From the IMG/VR virus record IMGVR_UViG_3300027906_004086: a stretch of DNA of 64,000 nt; one strand, written 5' to 3'. The notes under the pieces are model-generated. The model ran no database searches, was not told where the DNA came from, and was given only the letters and a program-made list of their open reading frames with translations. This document shows positions 40,071-50,558 of the stretch, one piece after another (the first letter of the stretch is position 1; the number at the start of each line of letters is the position of its first letter). Origin of the DNA: an uncultured virus (IMG/VR IMGVR_UViG_3300027906_004086) (Duplodnaviria > Heunggongvirae > Uroviricota > Caudoviricetes). Both the position numbers and the translations under genes were made by a program.

Positions 40071-40100
40071 GTGTACAGAAAGTTTATGCTGGTGTATAAT
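40071..40100 (+). promoter_or_regulatory. Promoter GTGTAC-N18-TATAAT
   Basis: Intergenic. Confidence 0.55.
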
Positions 40101-40157
40101 AATTACTATTAAAGTCGGGACAACAACGCCCGCAGTTACAAAAGTTGGAGTTTTAAG

Positions 40158-41330
40158 GTGAGAAAAAACAATAAGAGAAATCATAATTTGCTTGAAGCTT
40201 TAGGCTTTGAGAAACCTGCTTTGCGTAAGTTAGGTCTCAACGAGCTTAAAAGAATTATCCAGGAAGAAAAAGAGGCTGCGGATGCTAAGAAAGATAGCGC
40301 TGATGCAGGGTCAAGTGTTCCAGAAAAGTTTAATAGCCCAAAAATGACATCTACTCCAGAAGATGGGAAGGGCAATATTACCGAAGTACCTGCTGATGAG
40401 ATTGTAGCACAAATGCTTAGCGGCGACCCGTCCGCACCGGTTATTGTCGCAATGGGTGCATTTCACAATACTGCATTTACACCAGATTTTTCTAATAATG
40501 TTGCAACCAAAGAAGGCGCCTTGGAATTACAGAAATGGGTAATGTCAAGAGGCCCCGCATTTATTTCAAACAACATCAAGACAGTACAAGATTCGATTCC
40601 TTCGTCTGGGTTACCAAAAAGCAAAATGCCTGCCTTAGAACCTGATGACGTTGGTGCAGTAAAAGATGCCTTAGAGCCAGGAGGCGATTTTAATATTGAT
40701 CTCAGTGAGCCTCTGGCTGATGACGAAGAGAATGTAGAGGCATGGTTTGAAAAGCAAAGAGAGAAAGAATCTGAAGAGTCAGCAGATACTAAGGCTGAAG
40801 CACTTAACAGAATAGCTGCAAGGCTCGTTGAAGAGAAATTTCCCCAGAACCATCCTGACGGTATGCCTGGCGGCAGCAAGTCTGATCCAAAGGATTTAGC
40901 ATTAGCATTCCTGACCAAAGGCCTTAAGGATGGTGCTGAGTCTGACGATTCTATCCAAGTTAAAGAGAATGAGCCTATAAACGTTGCTGACATGATCCCA
41001 ACACAATCTAATATCCAACTAGGGAAATCGTTAACGTTTGCCTTAGGTGGCGGGTTCGGGGGCAAAGAGCTTGGTGCATATGTAACTGGCGGCAATGAGA
41101 TTCTTGATGGTCACCACCGTTGGTCGGGAACAATGATTGTTGATCCAGGTGCTTCAATTAAAGGCCACAAGGTATTTGCTCCTGCTGATGACATCCTTCC
41201 CGCATTAACGGCATTAGGAAATGCATTCGGCAATCAGCAAAAGGGTCGAGAGACCAAGAAAGAATCAGTAAATAATAATGATAAAGTTATTCTAGAGAGA
41301 TGGCAAAAGCTAGCCGGTATTTTAAAGTAG
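40158..41330 (+). CDS. Protein with ParB/Srx-like domain and head-protein tags
   Basis: MIPTQSNI...ILDGHHRW; LKRIIQEE; ERWQKLAGILK. Confidence 0.65.
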   Translation: MRKNNKRNHNLLEALGFEKPALRKLGLNELKRIIQEEKEAADAKKDSADAGSSVPEKFNSPKMTSTPEDGKGNITEVPADEIVAQMLSGDPSAPVIVAMGAFHNTAFTPDFSNNVATKEGALELQKWVMSRGPAFISNNIKTVQDSIPSSGLPKSKMPALEPDDVGAVKDALEPGGDFNIDLSEPLADDEENVEAWFEKQREKESEESADTKAEALNRIAARLVEEKFPQNHPDGMPGGSKSDPKDLALAFLTKGLKDGAESDDSIQVKENEPINVADMIPTQSNIQLGKSLTFALGGGFGGKELGAYVTGGNEILDGHHRWSGTMIVDPGASIKGHKVFAPADDILPALTALGNAFGNQQKGRETKKESVNNNDKVILERWQKLAGILK

Positions 41331-41336
41331 GTAAAA

Positions 41337-41981
41337 ATGAAAAGGTCAGCTCGGCACATCATTACTACTTGGGTGGTTTTTATAAGCTTTTTTTCGTATA
41401 GTTTAACTGTACCAACAATTGCATATGCTGATGACACTCCTGAAAGCACTTCACAACCTAACAGTGCTGACGGAACAATATCCATACCTATGCCGTCCTG
41501 CGATATCCTGGGAATTCCGTCATTAGATGTAGCACTCCCCACAATAGGCACATCAGGCCAGATATATGATATTGGATCTAGATACCGCATTTTAGATACT
41601 ACTACCTCACAGCAGCTTAGCTTAGAAGGAACATTCCTAACTAGGCCTGCCGCAGCTAGCCTTCTGGTCGGCTTACAAAACATAGAAAATACTTGGCAAA
41701 TTGAACTTAACAGAATTTTAGCATATAATAATGCATGCTGGCAATATCGGGTTTCATTACTGGAGTCAGAGGTCCGGCTTAGGGATTCAACAATTACGAC
41801 TTTAAATACGGAAATGGCAAGGCGCCTCGAGATTCGTGACGAGCATATCAACATTTTAAATTCTAGGAATAATCCCCCTAGGTGGTATGAGTCTGGTGAA
41901 TTTTGGTTTGCTATGGGTGTTGTTGCTGGGATCGGAATAACTGTCGGTGCCGGCTATGCATTAGGCCAAGTTAATAAATAA
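41337..41981 (+). CDS. Exported coiled-coil protein with C-terminal TM
   Basis: Signal peptide ending AYA; C-terminal WFAMGVVAGIGITVG. Confidence 0.55.
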   Translation: MKRSARHIITTWVVFISFFSYSLTVPTIAYADDTPESTSQPNSADGTISIPMPSCDILGIPSLDVALPTIGTSGQIYDIGSRYRILDTTTSQQLSLEGTFLTRPAAASLLVGLQNIENTWQIELNRILAYNNACWQYRVSLLESEVRLRDSTITTLNTEMARRLEIRDEHINILNSRNNPPRWYESGEFWFAMGVVAGIGITVGAGYALGQVNK

Positions 41982-41992
41982 GGGGATATGAA

Positions 41993-42670
41993 ATGAAAAT
42001 CTCGGAATCCAGGATGAGACAATTAATTAGGGAAGAGCTTGATTCACTACCTGGGTATGCCCAGGCTACGGATGACATCCCCCCACCCCCTAATGCTGAT
42101 ATGTTCAAAAAGGGGGAGTGGGAGTTATTGTCACCAGGTGATTCTCGCAGAGAAGGTATAAAGCAAGATCTATATGATTTAGTGACACAAACATATGCCC
42201 CAATTGGTGGCCATGTCAAAATATCAGAGCCAGAAAGTCTGGAGAGATACAACTATTGGGTTGTTGCTGACCTAGATGATGATCCTGAGATTGACATCGG
42301 CTTATTCGGAAAGCCTGATATAGGCGGTGCAAAAATGGGTGGTGTTGGCCATGACGGTTCGCAAGTTGCCAAGACCGCATACAAGGAAAAGTCTTCATCA
42401 CTACGCTCCGGTGAGTCTATCGGCGGTGTAGGTAACTGGTGGGGAGAGGTGTCCGGTGGTCCGGCAGCAGCATTGATAAAGCGTGGCGCCCCCTCAATTG
42501 AAGATGAGGCTCGGGTAATGTCGTTGCTGGATGGTGACGATATCGTTTTTCATGGTGAACACCCAACTGCACCAGAGGGTTCAATCTTTCGCCAAGTTAG
42601 AGGGTGGTATACCAAGATGTTCGGATCTGAAGGCCACACTAAAATAATCATGGGTAGCCCCAACGTATAA
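41993..42670 (+). CDS. Putative head-associated hypothetical protein
   Basis: MKISESRMRQLIREEL tag; YAPIGGH, GHDGS. Confidence 0.6.
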   Translation: MKISESRMRQLIREELDSLPGYAQATDDIPPPPNADMFKKGEWELLSPGDSRREGIKQDLYDLVTQTYAPIGGHVKISEPESLERYNYWVVADLDDDPEIDIGLFGKPDIGGAKMGGVGHDGSQVAKTAYKEKSSSLRSGESIGGVGNWWGEVSGGPAAALIKRGAPSIEDEARVMSLLDGDDIVFHGEHPTAPEGSIFRQVRGWYTKMFGSEGHTKIIMGSPNV

Positions 42671-42686
42671 TCGGAGTATAAATCAA

Positions 42687-43874
42687 GTGACTGTTAAAAT
42701 TAAAAAAGATATTTTAAAAGAGTTTTTAAGAAAAACCCTTTTCGAGATGGATAATGTCCAGTATGGGATGTTTGATCAACCAGGGCCCGGTCTCGGCCCT
42801 AAAGAAGAGCCTGAGACAACGGTACCAGATCCAGTGCCCCTACAGCCTGCAGAGATGATGGCAACACAGCTTGCGGACGAGAGGCCCCCGATTGAGGATG
42901 ATGAATATGCTCCGGAGAATACCGAAGAGTTCTCAAGGGCGGTTAAGGCTTTAGCAATGCAGGTCGGACCAGACAATGTCAGAAATGTATATAATGACTT
43001 TAAAAGAATGGTCACGACCCCACAAGACGCGAAAGAAGAAGAATCAGAGCTACCTGAAAAAACAACTGAGGCCCTTAGGCACGCTATCAGTGTGGTAATA
43101 AAAGAGGCCAACTGGGATGATGATGATGACTTTCGGTACCAAAAGAATGATGGCCCAGATTATTCGGCAATGGACGATCCTCCGGTCAATATGGAGCCAG
43201 ACGGGCAGGGGCTTGATCAGTTAGCTTCCGACTTTGGATATGCCGGCGCTTCCGGAGCCAGGCAGGACATCGAGCGTATGCTTCGTAGGATGAGATATAT
43301 CGCTGAAAAAATGGGCAAAGGTGAGATGGAATCCCTCCAGGATTTCGCAGCCCAAGAGTTTATTGATGTAATGTTGGCCGGTGAATATATTGATGAAGAA
43401 GATGTTGCTGAGTTGCAGCAGAGTACTTCTATGGTCAAAAGCCTAGACTCATTTAGATTCTTTTTTGTCTCTGGAATTATGATGCCTGCGTATAATGAGA
43501 TTAAGCGCAATGCCCGGAAAAAAGTCGAAGGTATGATATCGGATTTAGGCTTGCCGTCCGGTATGAATCAGTCAATTTTGAACCAAGCACTTGGAGAGGT
43601 ACCCAAAAACTTAGATAAGCTAGAAACGAAGCTTCTTAAGGTGGCACTAGCTGATGGCGTAACTGACTCTGACGAGCTTGATTCGATGGTTGATAGAATG
43701 AGAGATAAATTTCCTGACCTCACTAAGGCCTCTGAGCTTGAGGGCGGCCTACTAGATCTTGCAAAGGCTCGCTGGGGAAAGCAATCCAAAGGGCGCCGCT
43801 TGAAAGCCTTAGCCCAAGCACTTCAGTCAACGGCTGATTGGCAGGAGCTTGATGATGCCTCACAGGACTCTTAA
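42687..43874 (+). CDS. Acidic putative head protein
   Basis: 395 aa; ILKEFLRKTLFE tag. Confidence 0.55.
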   Translation: MTVKIKKDILKEFLRKTLFEMDNVQYGMFDQPGPGLGPKEEPETTVPDPVPLQPAEMMATQLADERPPIEDDEYAPENTEEFSRAVKALAMQVGPDNVRNVYNDFKRMVTTPQDAKEEESELPEKTTEALRHAISVVIKEANWDDDDDFRYQKNDGPDYSAMDDPPVNMEPDGQGLDQLASDFGYAGASGARQDIERMLRRMRYIAEKMGKGEMESLQDFAAQEFIDVMLAGEYIDEEDVAELQQSTSMVKSLDSFRFFFVSGIMMPAYNEIKRNARKKVEGMISDLGLPSGMNQSILNQALGEVPKNLDKLETKLLKVALADGVTDSDELDSMVDRMRDKFPDLTKASELEGGLLDLAKARWGKQSKGRRLKALAQALQSTADWQELDDASQDS

Positions 43875-44265
43875 GCAAATCATGGGAGGGTACTTTGAAG
43901 AAGTAGCACATAAACCCCTACAGGCATTAAATGAGATATCTGTATATTCCCCATCGGGTGTAGAGGGATGTCCTGTGAATGTTTCTGAAGGTACATGGGA
44001 TGTTGTATCTGACCCTACTAGATTTAAAAAAGAGTTCTCCTTCGCTAGTGCTCAAATGTTGGTTGATTTTATTAACGAGTTATTAGCATATCAGGAAAAT
44101 ACGCAACATCATGGTAAGATTACAATTAACCATGACAGCGTTATAATTGAAGTATACACACAAGATGTTAATACTATAACTGAGCTTGATCAGGAGTATA
44201 CTCATGAGGTTGATAACATCTATATAGATTCAGAGTATGCAAACTCGGGGATTGGAGAATTTTAG
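43852..44265 (+). CDS. Pterin-4-alpha-carbinolamine dehydratase-like protein
   Basis: W...KKEFSF...FINEL...QHHGKI...VIIEVYTQD...ITELD. Confidence 0.75.
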   Translation: MMPHRTLKQIMGGYFEEVAHKPLQALNEISVYSPSGVEGCPVNVSEGTWDVVSDPTRFKKEFSFASAQMLVDFINELLAYQENTQHHGKITINHDSVIIEVYTQDVNTITELDQEYTHEVDNIYIDSEYANSGIGEF

Positions 44266-44266
44266 A

Positions 44267-44716
44267 ATGTCGACAGAACGTAATAAGCAGCCCCAGGAAA
44301 CTAGCGTTCCTGATCAGGAATGGAAAAGGGTCATGAGCAATCCAGATAACGTCATAATTAGCGATTCACTTATTGCTAGGGTTGATCCTTATAATCTTGG
44401 GGATATTTCAAATCCTATCGAGTTTAAGCCGGTTTGCAAGTTCACATTTACAGAATACTCACTTTCTGGTGAGGTTATTAGCTTTTCGAATGTTGATGGT
44501 CTAAGATCATATACATTCTCTACTACTCTTAAGGAGGCTAGCCAACTAATGGGTGATTCAAATGTCCAAGGGTTTTCAATGTTAGCTTCTGGAGAGGAAT
44601 TGTTATCTTTGGGCAAGGAATATATCAATAACTTCAATTTTAATGTTGATGTTCAAAATTCAACAACTGCCTTGGTTACGATTACTTTCGGCGAAGTAAT
44701 TAATGAAACAGAATAG
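44267..44716 (+). CDS. Hypothetical protein
   Basis: GGAG RBS, abuts upstream stop. Confidence 0.55.
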   Translation: MSTERNKQPQETSVPDQEWKRVMSNPDNVIISDSLIARVDPYNLGDISNPIEFKPVCKFTFTEYSLSGEVISFSNVDGLRSYTFSTTLKEASQLMGDSNVQGFSMLASGEELLSLGKEYINNFNFNVDVQNSTTALVTITFGEVINETE

Positions 44717-44749
44717 TTATATAAACCACTAAAGAATATAGGGGACACC

Positions 44750-44950
44750 ATGTCAGACTCAAAACAAGAAGAATTTAAATTCGACAAATTTATGCAGGAT
44801 ATTATTAAGCGAGAAGAAGCTGAGCGCCAGCGCCTCAAGGAATATGCTGAAGAACATGCTGACTCACCACAACGCCAATATGACCGGTTATATAGGGAGA
44901 AGTGGCAAAACAGGGTAAGGCATAACCATACTCCTAAGCGAGGCAAGTAA
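44750..44950 (+). CDS. Small hypothetical protein
   Basis: 66 aa, AGGGGA RBS. Confidence 0.55.
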   Translation: MSDSKQEEFKFDKFMQDIIKREEAERQRLKEYAEEHADSPQRQYDRLYREKWQNRVRHNHTPKRGK

Positions 44951-44951
44951 G

Positions 44952-45671
44952 GTGAAAAAGAACCTGACAGTTAAATCCGTTGAAGAGTTGACCTCATTGC
45001 TTGGCCTATTGGCGGAGGCTAGTGTGAAAGAGGTATTATCTGAGATGTCACCAGAGAAGCAGACCCAAGACCAAATGTCTGATGAGCTTGATGATTTTCG
45101 AGCCCCAGCTGGATCTAACGATGAAAAAGATCTAGATGATGAAGAAGTTGAAGAGGCAGAAGATGATGAAGAAGGTGAAGATTCTGAGGCTAAGAAGAAG
45201 GATACAACTAAACTAGGTTCTGCAAACCCTGAGCCTCAAAAGCCCTCGACTCCCTCAAGCAAAGAAGTGATGGGTGCTGACTTAGGCGGTGTTGTTAAGA
45301 GCCTGAATAAGATTCGCTCTGGGAAGTCTCTTAAAGATGAGATGACCAAACGTGAGCTTAATGACTACCTTAAAAGCCTAAGTGACGGTGAACGCCAGTC
45401 TTTGTATGTTTTCCTAGATGGCTTAAGTCAAATTATGGCCGGAGGCGTTTCAGGCGATCAGGCCCCTGATCCTGGTGCTGTAGGTATTACAGTTAATGCC
45501 ACTACGAAAATAAAAGATCCTGGGAAAAAAGACGGTAAGCGACCAGCTACTAGCCCGGCCGCCGTAGCCTCAAATGACGACGGTTCGAACCAGCCGAAGC
45601 CAATAATCGTAGGCGAGGTTGCCAACAAGGCTGAGGTCATGCGTATTGCCCGGCGCTTAATGAAGGATTAG
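44952..45671 (+). CDS. Acidic putative head protein
   Basis: LNKIRSGKSLKD block; acidic linker. Confidence 0.55.
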   Translation: MKKNLTVKSVEELTSLLGLLAEASVKEVLSEMSPEKQTQDQMSDELDDFRAPAGSNDEKDLDDEEVEEAEDDEEGEDSEAKKKDTTKLGSANPEPQKPSTPSSKEVMGADLGGVVKSLNKIRSGKSLKDEMTKRELNDYLKSLSDGERQSLYVFLDGLSQIMAGGVSGDQAPDPGAVGITVNATTKIKDPGKKDGKRPATSPAAVASNDDGSNQPKPIIVGEVANKAEVMRIARRLMKD

Positions 45672-45683
45672 TTTTCTTCAGCC

Positions 45684-45712
45684 TTGAACTAATAAGAGGC
45701 AACCTGTATAAT
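45684..45712 (+). promoter_or_regulatory. Promoter TTGAAC-N17-TATAAT
   Basis: Intergenic. Confidence 0.55.
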
Positions 45713-45763
45713 TAATCATGTTATTTGGTATAATTAGTATTGTTAAGTTAAGGGGAAATTAAT

Positions 45764-47029
45764 ATGGGCGGCGTTGCTGGACACCTTAGTCACATTCACG
45801 AAAACTTAGACTTCACGTTTGGAGAGATTAAATCCATTTTAAGCGATGTGGCCCGGGCCAATATTGAGACGGTTGAGAAAGTAGACGGCCAAAATGTTTT
45901 CTTCACCTGGCATGCCGGCACCGGTGCAATTCGTACAGCCAGGAATGGTGGTGACGTAAAGAAGGGTGGCATGACCCCTGATGAATATGCATCAAAATGG
46001 AAAGGCCACCCTGCTGAGAGCGCGTTTATGAATGGGTTTAAGGCAATCCAGAGAGGCATTGAACGTGTAGACGAGCCCACGCTTCTCGACATTTTTGGTG
46101 CTAATGGTGACAACTGGGTCAATGCTGAGATCATGTATCATGGCAATCCTAATATTATTAACTACGGTGGTGACTGGATTGTTTTGCATAATATGCAAAG
46201 CTTTTCTGATGATGCCGGTACTTCGATGAATGTGCCTGGGTTCCAGTCATTGGTCTCCTCTATCGAGACTGCCGAAGATGAGATTGATCAAGAAGGATTT
46301 AGAATATCCGGCCCCCAAATAGTTGACCTACAAGATATCTCAGATGGCTTGGCTTATGAAGACTTTGTTAATGAGCTAGACGGAGCTGTCGGAATGTCAG
46401 CTGAAGCAACCGTTAGAGATTATGTCGAAGAAAGGCTGAGGGCCGGCCCTATCGGAAGCGTTCCTATCCCTGTCCACCAACAAGAAGACTTAATAAAAAT
46501 AATTCTTGATAAAGAGGGCGCTCCAGCCTACGCTGCATTTAAGAAGACTATACCTAAAGAGCATCATAAGCTAGTTAGCACCTTAGCAACTAAGACAAAC
46601 AAAAAGAAGATTATCGCAAAGATGACCTTACCGATTGAAACCGCAATTAGTAATTTTGCGATTGAAGTCATGCGAGGACTTTCCTCATTCTTTGTCGGCG
46701 ACCATGATGGTGAAGTTGAACGCATGCGAAAAGAGGTAGAGGATTCAATATCTGTTATTCAATCAGCTCAAGGTGCTGATGCTGAAAAATTAGCTGATAT
46801 GCTACAAAAACAAATGGAGAAGCTGGGACCTATTGAGAATGTGGCTAGTACTATGGAGGGAATTGTCTTTGAGCATCCTCCTGGCAGCCAGCAACTTTAT
46901 AAGCTTACCGGTTCATTTGCCATGGCTAACCAAATTGTTGGTAGGGCTAGACGGATGCCAAAGGCAGAAGCAGTGGAAGAAAATACACTTAGAAAATATA
47001 TTAGGTCATATGTAGGAGTTATGGGATGA
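45764..47029 (+). CDS. DUF6267-like protein (ligase-type nucleotidyltransferase fold candidate)
   Basis: MGGVAGHLSH, EKVDGQN (KxDG), EGIVF, YKLTG. Confidence 0.65.
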   Translation: MGGVAGHLSHIHENLDFTFGEIKSILSDVARANIETVEKVDGQNVFFTWHAGTGAIRTARNGGDVKKGGMTPDEYASKWKGHPAESAFMNGFKAIQRGIERVDEPTLLDIFGANGDNWVNAEIMYHGNPNIINYGGDWIVLHNMQSFSDDAGTSMNVPGFQSLVSSIETAEDEIDQEGFRISGPQIVDLQDISDGLAYEDFVNELDGAVGMSAEATVRDYVEERLRAGPIGSVPIPVHQQEDLIKIILDKEGAPAYAAFKKTIPKEHHKLVSTLATKTNKKKIIAKMTLPIETAISNFAIEVMRGLSSFFVGDHDGEVERMRKEVEDSISVIQSAQGADAEKLADMLQKQMEKLGPIENVASTMEGIVFEHPPGSQQLYKLTGSFAMANQIVGRARRMPKAEAVEENTLRKYIRSYVGVMG

Positions 47030-48408
47030 GCAAAGACAATATTAGAAGATTGTTGCAGGAGTTAATCGTTAATTTTAATGGCGAAGAGTATGACATCCCT
47101 AAAGAGGAAGTAGATAGCATAGTTTCTCAACTTGAGAAAGCTGAAGAGGACGAATCTGGAAACATAACGACTAGAAAATACAGCGCTGACAAATCCATCG
47201 AGAGGATGGTTGAAGATCTTCCTCAAGAAGATAAAGAGGCCACTAAGGCAATCCTTAATGTATTTACCAAAAGTGGCCTTAAACCTCAAATAGTAAAGAC
47301 AATTATCAATGCCGTCGAATCCGGTGAAGATATGCCGTCTGATTTCTTTTCCGGCTCCCCTACATTCGGTGAACATACGTTTCCTTCACCTACATGGCAA
47401 AACATTGTTCGTATCCAAAATTCAGGGAGAGGTAACACGATCGGCCAGGGCGAGGCAGCTCTGTCGTTATATCTAGCCGGCGTAACTCCAGACTCAGGTT
47501 CTGCTGCACATGATCTATTCATTGCCGGTTTAGGTGATGTACATGTTAAGGAGAAATCATCTTCGTTGGCAAAGCCAGATGTTCCCATGGGTAAGTCTTT
47601 GGATGATAATGACAAGTCAGCAGCATGGTACCAGTCTATTGTTGCAGCAGCTAGCCCCAAAAAGCCCCCAACTGGAATTGGAAGTACATATGCGAAACAA
47701 AACGCTAGGGCAATCTTAGACGAGTTTGCAAGGCTGACTGTCGGCGAAGGTCGATTAGGATATAGCGAACTAGCTGACCTGTGGCAAGAAGACATAGAGC
47801 AGTCTTTTTTAGATAGTGTATCATGGGGCGGCGCCGCGGCGATTATATTTGTTGATAAGACTAGCTTAAACTTCGTCATTGAGCCCCCAGCAAATGCAGT
47901 ACCATGGAGGTTTAGCTCAGGAAGCTGGCGAGTCTCTAGAAGATCAGCCGAACCCGGGGGCAGGTGGGCAAACGCATTAAAGGCAGGGACAGCCGGCTTG
48001 TCTAAAGATGATCAGACACCGCCTGAGTACGGCACTGCCCAAAAAGAAAATCTAGTGAGGCAGCTAGTTCGAGAATCGTTGATCCAGGAAGAGCTTACCA
48101 AGGCAGATAAGAGAGAAATTGATAAGCTTATTAAGAAGGCCATTGAGAAAGATAGGGCCGAACAAAAAAAGCTAGTCCGTAAAGAGATTGAGGATGAGCT
48201 AGTCAAGTCCCTCGGTAAGTCATTCTTTAGGCAACCTGGAAAGATTCGCAAAACGATTATTGATGTATGTCAAGAAGAGCTAGCCAAAGAAATGCAAAAA
48301 GGTAGCAAGATGGAGAAGTCCGTCGTTGATGTTACTAAGAAAGTACTTTCTGCATGGCATGAGCTGCTTTATAAACAGCAACATATTATCAACAGGGTGA
48401 AAATTTAG
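47026..48408 (+). CDS. Composite protein: possible PD-(D/E)xK-like domain plus helical head-protein C-terminus
   Basis: GQGEAAL...HDLFI...DVHVKE; LVRQLVRESLIQEE. Confidence 0.5.
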   Translation: MSKDNIRRLLQELIVNFNGEEYDIPKEEVDSIVSQLEKAEEDESGNITTRKYSADKSIERMVEDLPQEDKEATKAILNVFTKSGLKPQIVKTIINAVESGEDMPSDFFSGSPTFGEHTFPSPTWQNIVRIQNSGRGNTIGQGEAALSLYLAGVTPDSGSAAHDLFIAGLGDVHVKEKSSSLAKPDVPMGKSLDDNDKSAAWYQSIVAAASPKKPPTGIGSTYAKQNARAILDEFARLTVGEGRLGYSELADLWQEDIEQSFLDSVSWGGAAAIIFVDKTSLNFVIEPPANAVPWRFSSGSWRVSRRSAEPGGRWANALKAGTAGLSKDDQTPPEYGTAQKENLVRQLVRESLIQEELTKADKREIDKLIKKAIEKDRAEQKKLVRKEIEDELVKSLGKSFFRQPGKIRKTIIDVCQEELAKEMQKGSKMEKSVVDVTKKVLSAWHELLYKQQHIINRVKI

Positions 48409-48430
48409 CGGCTTAAGCCAAGAGGGTAAA

Positions 48431-49000
48431 ATGTTGAACTGGCTTAGAAAACTAATCTTTCCGGAACCCATGCCCTGTCCTAAGTGCCCTGAGCTAGAAG
48501 TAGACCCTATTTCTGTTTATTTTTCTCCTGATCGAGGCGCAGATGAAGTTATCATTGGGTTTATTGATAAATGTAATGAAACAATCGATATCTCAGTATA
48601 CTCTATGACACATGACGGAATTAGGGATGCAATCCTTAGGGCTCATGAAAGAGGTGTTGCCGTACGTATTATGACAGACTACCTGCAGGCCTCGAACAAG
48701 TACGCAGATGATGAGACATTCTTTAAGGCAGGTATCCCGATAGTCCGCGGAATTAGATCATACCAGATGCACAATAAGTTTGTTTTAGGTGACGCAGGAA
48801 ACCCAGAAGTTTCCGCCATGGCTACAGGTTCATTTAACTGGTCCAAGAATGCAACAGAGAAGAATAATGAGAACTTTGTAGTAATTCGTAGGCAGGAAAC
48901 GATTGACGAATTCCAGCATGAGTTTAATTCTCTTTGGGATAGGTTTCAAGAGTACTGGGCGAAGCAGCCTGCTGACAAGCAATATTCTTTAGAAGATTAA
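48431..49000 (+). CDS. Phospholipase D-family nuclease/lipase (single HKD)
   Basis: YFSP, MHNKFVLGD, TGSFNWS, NNEN. Confidence 0.9.
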   Translation: MLNWLRKLIFPEPMPCPKCPELEVDPISVYFSPDRGADEVIIGFIDKCNETIDISVYSMTHDGIRDAILRAHERGVAVRIMTDYLQASNKYADDETFFKAGIPIVRGIRSYQMHNKFVLGDAGNPEVSAMATGSFNWSKNATEKNNENFVVIRRQETIDEFQHEFNSLWDRFQEYWAKQPADKQYSLED

Positions 49001-49059
49001 TTAACAACCCTAAAGTCTATCTATACACTTTAAGTTATCTTTAACAATGAGAGGATAAT

Positions 49060-49452
49060 ATGAGTGTAGGAGGAGTTGGCGCAGCCGGAGGATCAGCAGG
49101 TTCTGCTGCCGGTGCAGGTGCGGCTGCAGGAGGTGGGGCTAGCCCTACAGGAGGACCGTCTGGTGGCGAAGGTGTATCTTCACCTGCTGGTGGAGAGGCC
49201 TCTACAAAGGACATAAGTGATGCTGGTGATAAGTCCGGCCCTACTTATAATATAAGCATAAACCAAACGCAAAACAATAGTATGTTTTCAAGTATGAGTA
49301 CACAAGATTCCGTACAACTTTATAGTTGCGTTAACAAGCCGGCCGAGTCTAATGAGATGGATTTACAAAAGCTAATTGAAATGATGATGATCATGAAGCT
49401 ATTAGAATCTATGAATGAAAATCAATCATCTGGATTTTCAACTACTGCTTAG
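49060..49452 (+). CDS. Gly/Ala/Ser-rich hypothetical protein
   Basis: GAGGA RBS; low-complexity N-terminus. Confidence 0.55.
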   Translation: MSVGGVGAAGGSAGSAAGAGAAAGGGASPTGGPSGGEGVSSPAGGEASTKDISDAGDKSGPTYNISINQTQNNSMFSSMSTQDSVQLYSCVNKPAESNEMDLQKLIEMMMIMKLLESMNENQSSGFSTTA

Positions 49453-50558
49453 GAGCCAGTATCTAGTGCATCTGCATCGATGATATAACCTATCTCTACT
49501 AGGCTACCACCTGCAGGTATTGCTAAAAACTCTACAGCATTAGTTGCTGGATTATAAGTCCATTCAGTGTCAGGCATGGCAACGGTATCAATAAATAGCC
49601 TAATAGAGGACTCGATTGGTTTATGTGTCAATGGCCACTCTTCATGAGGATCAATCTGCGCACTAGCATCAGTTACACCAGGAGCCCAATCTTCACTGCA
49701 TATATCAACAACGACACCCCCTAGAAAGTTGGTTGCATCCATGTAGCGATCCCCTATATCAATAGCATTGACGGCCCAAGTACAAACAGAGTCAACTGCA
49801 GCTACATTTACTATACTTGACAAAAATACTGATCCCCCTCGTTGCATTGAATACCATGAGATAAAATCATTTACTGCTGGAAAGTGTTGGTCACTTTGAT
49901 CCTCTTCATCAGATACAAAGACAATAAGCAGTGCGGCGTCTGATCTCATCCATGTGCTGGAATACGGGTTGTTGACGATATACTCATACGCAGCATCAAA
50001 CCCTTCCTCTCTTCCCCCTCTTCCCATTGCACTATACATTGCCTCGGCATCTAAAATATCATCACCAGGAACTAAAGGGAATTGTGCTTCTGATGATGCT
50101 TTAAGTGGGTCATTTGATGTCATAGCTAATCTCCACCCTGACGGTGGCAGCGCATTGAGCATTGTTTCGATTCCAAGCATTAGGTTTGCGTCGTACCTAT
50201 TCATTGATCCGGACGTATCAATTACCCATAGTATGTCAACACCATTGACTGAGAATGGCTGGCTAAATGAATCAACCCATACCTCACCGGTATAGTCATC
50301 AGTTGGTACCTCTTGTTCGATGTATGTGGGGATCTCGCTGTAAACGTATACGACCTCTGGCTCAGCAGGGTTTGAGCTAATTATCTGGTAGTCTGTACAT
50401 CCAAGGCTTAAGATAGCTAGGCCACTAAAAAAGTACTTTTTATACTTTGCTATCCTGCTATCGCATCTGTGATCATTTGTATTATTAACTGCTCGCTCCA
50501 TCCTCTTAGTCCACTCTCTATAGTCATATCTCGGTTTACTATTATGAACATCGGCCAT
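49449..50558 (-). CDS. vWA-domain lipoprotein (start uncertain)
   Basis: LAILSLGC lipobox; VDILWVIDTSGSM (MIDAS), FVSDEEDQS, DICSEDW. Confidence 0.75.
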   Translation of the reverse strand: MADVHNSKPRYDYREWTKRMERAVNNTNDHRCDSRIAKYKKYFFSGLAILSLGCTDYQIISSNPAEPEVVYVYSEIPTYIEQEVPTDDYTGEVWVDSFSQPFSVNGVDILWVIDTSGSMNRYDANLMLGIETMLNALPPSGWRLAMTSNDPLKASSEAQFPLVPGDDILDAEAMYSAMGRGGREEGFDAAYEYIVNNPYSSTWMRSDAALLIVFVSDEEDQSDQHFPAVNDFISWYSMQRGGSVFLSSIVNVAAVDSVCTWAVNAIDIGDRYMDATNFLGGVVVDICSEDWAPGVTDASAQIDPHEEWPLTHKPIESSIRLFIDTVAMPDTEWTYNPATNAVEFLAIPAGGSLVEIGYIIDADALDTGS

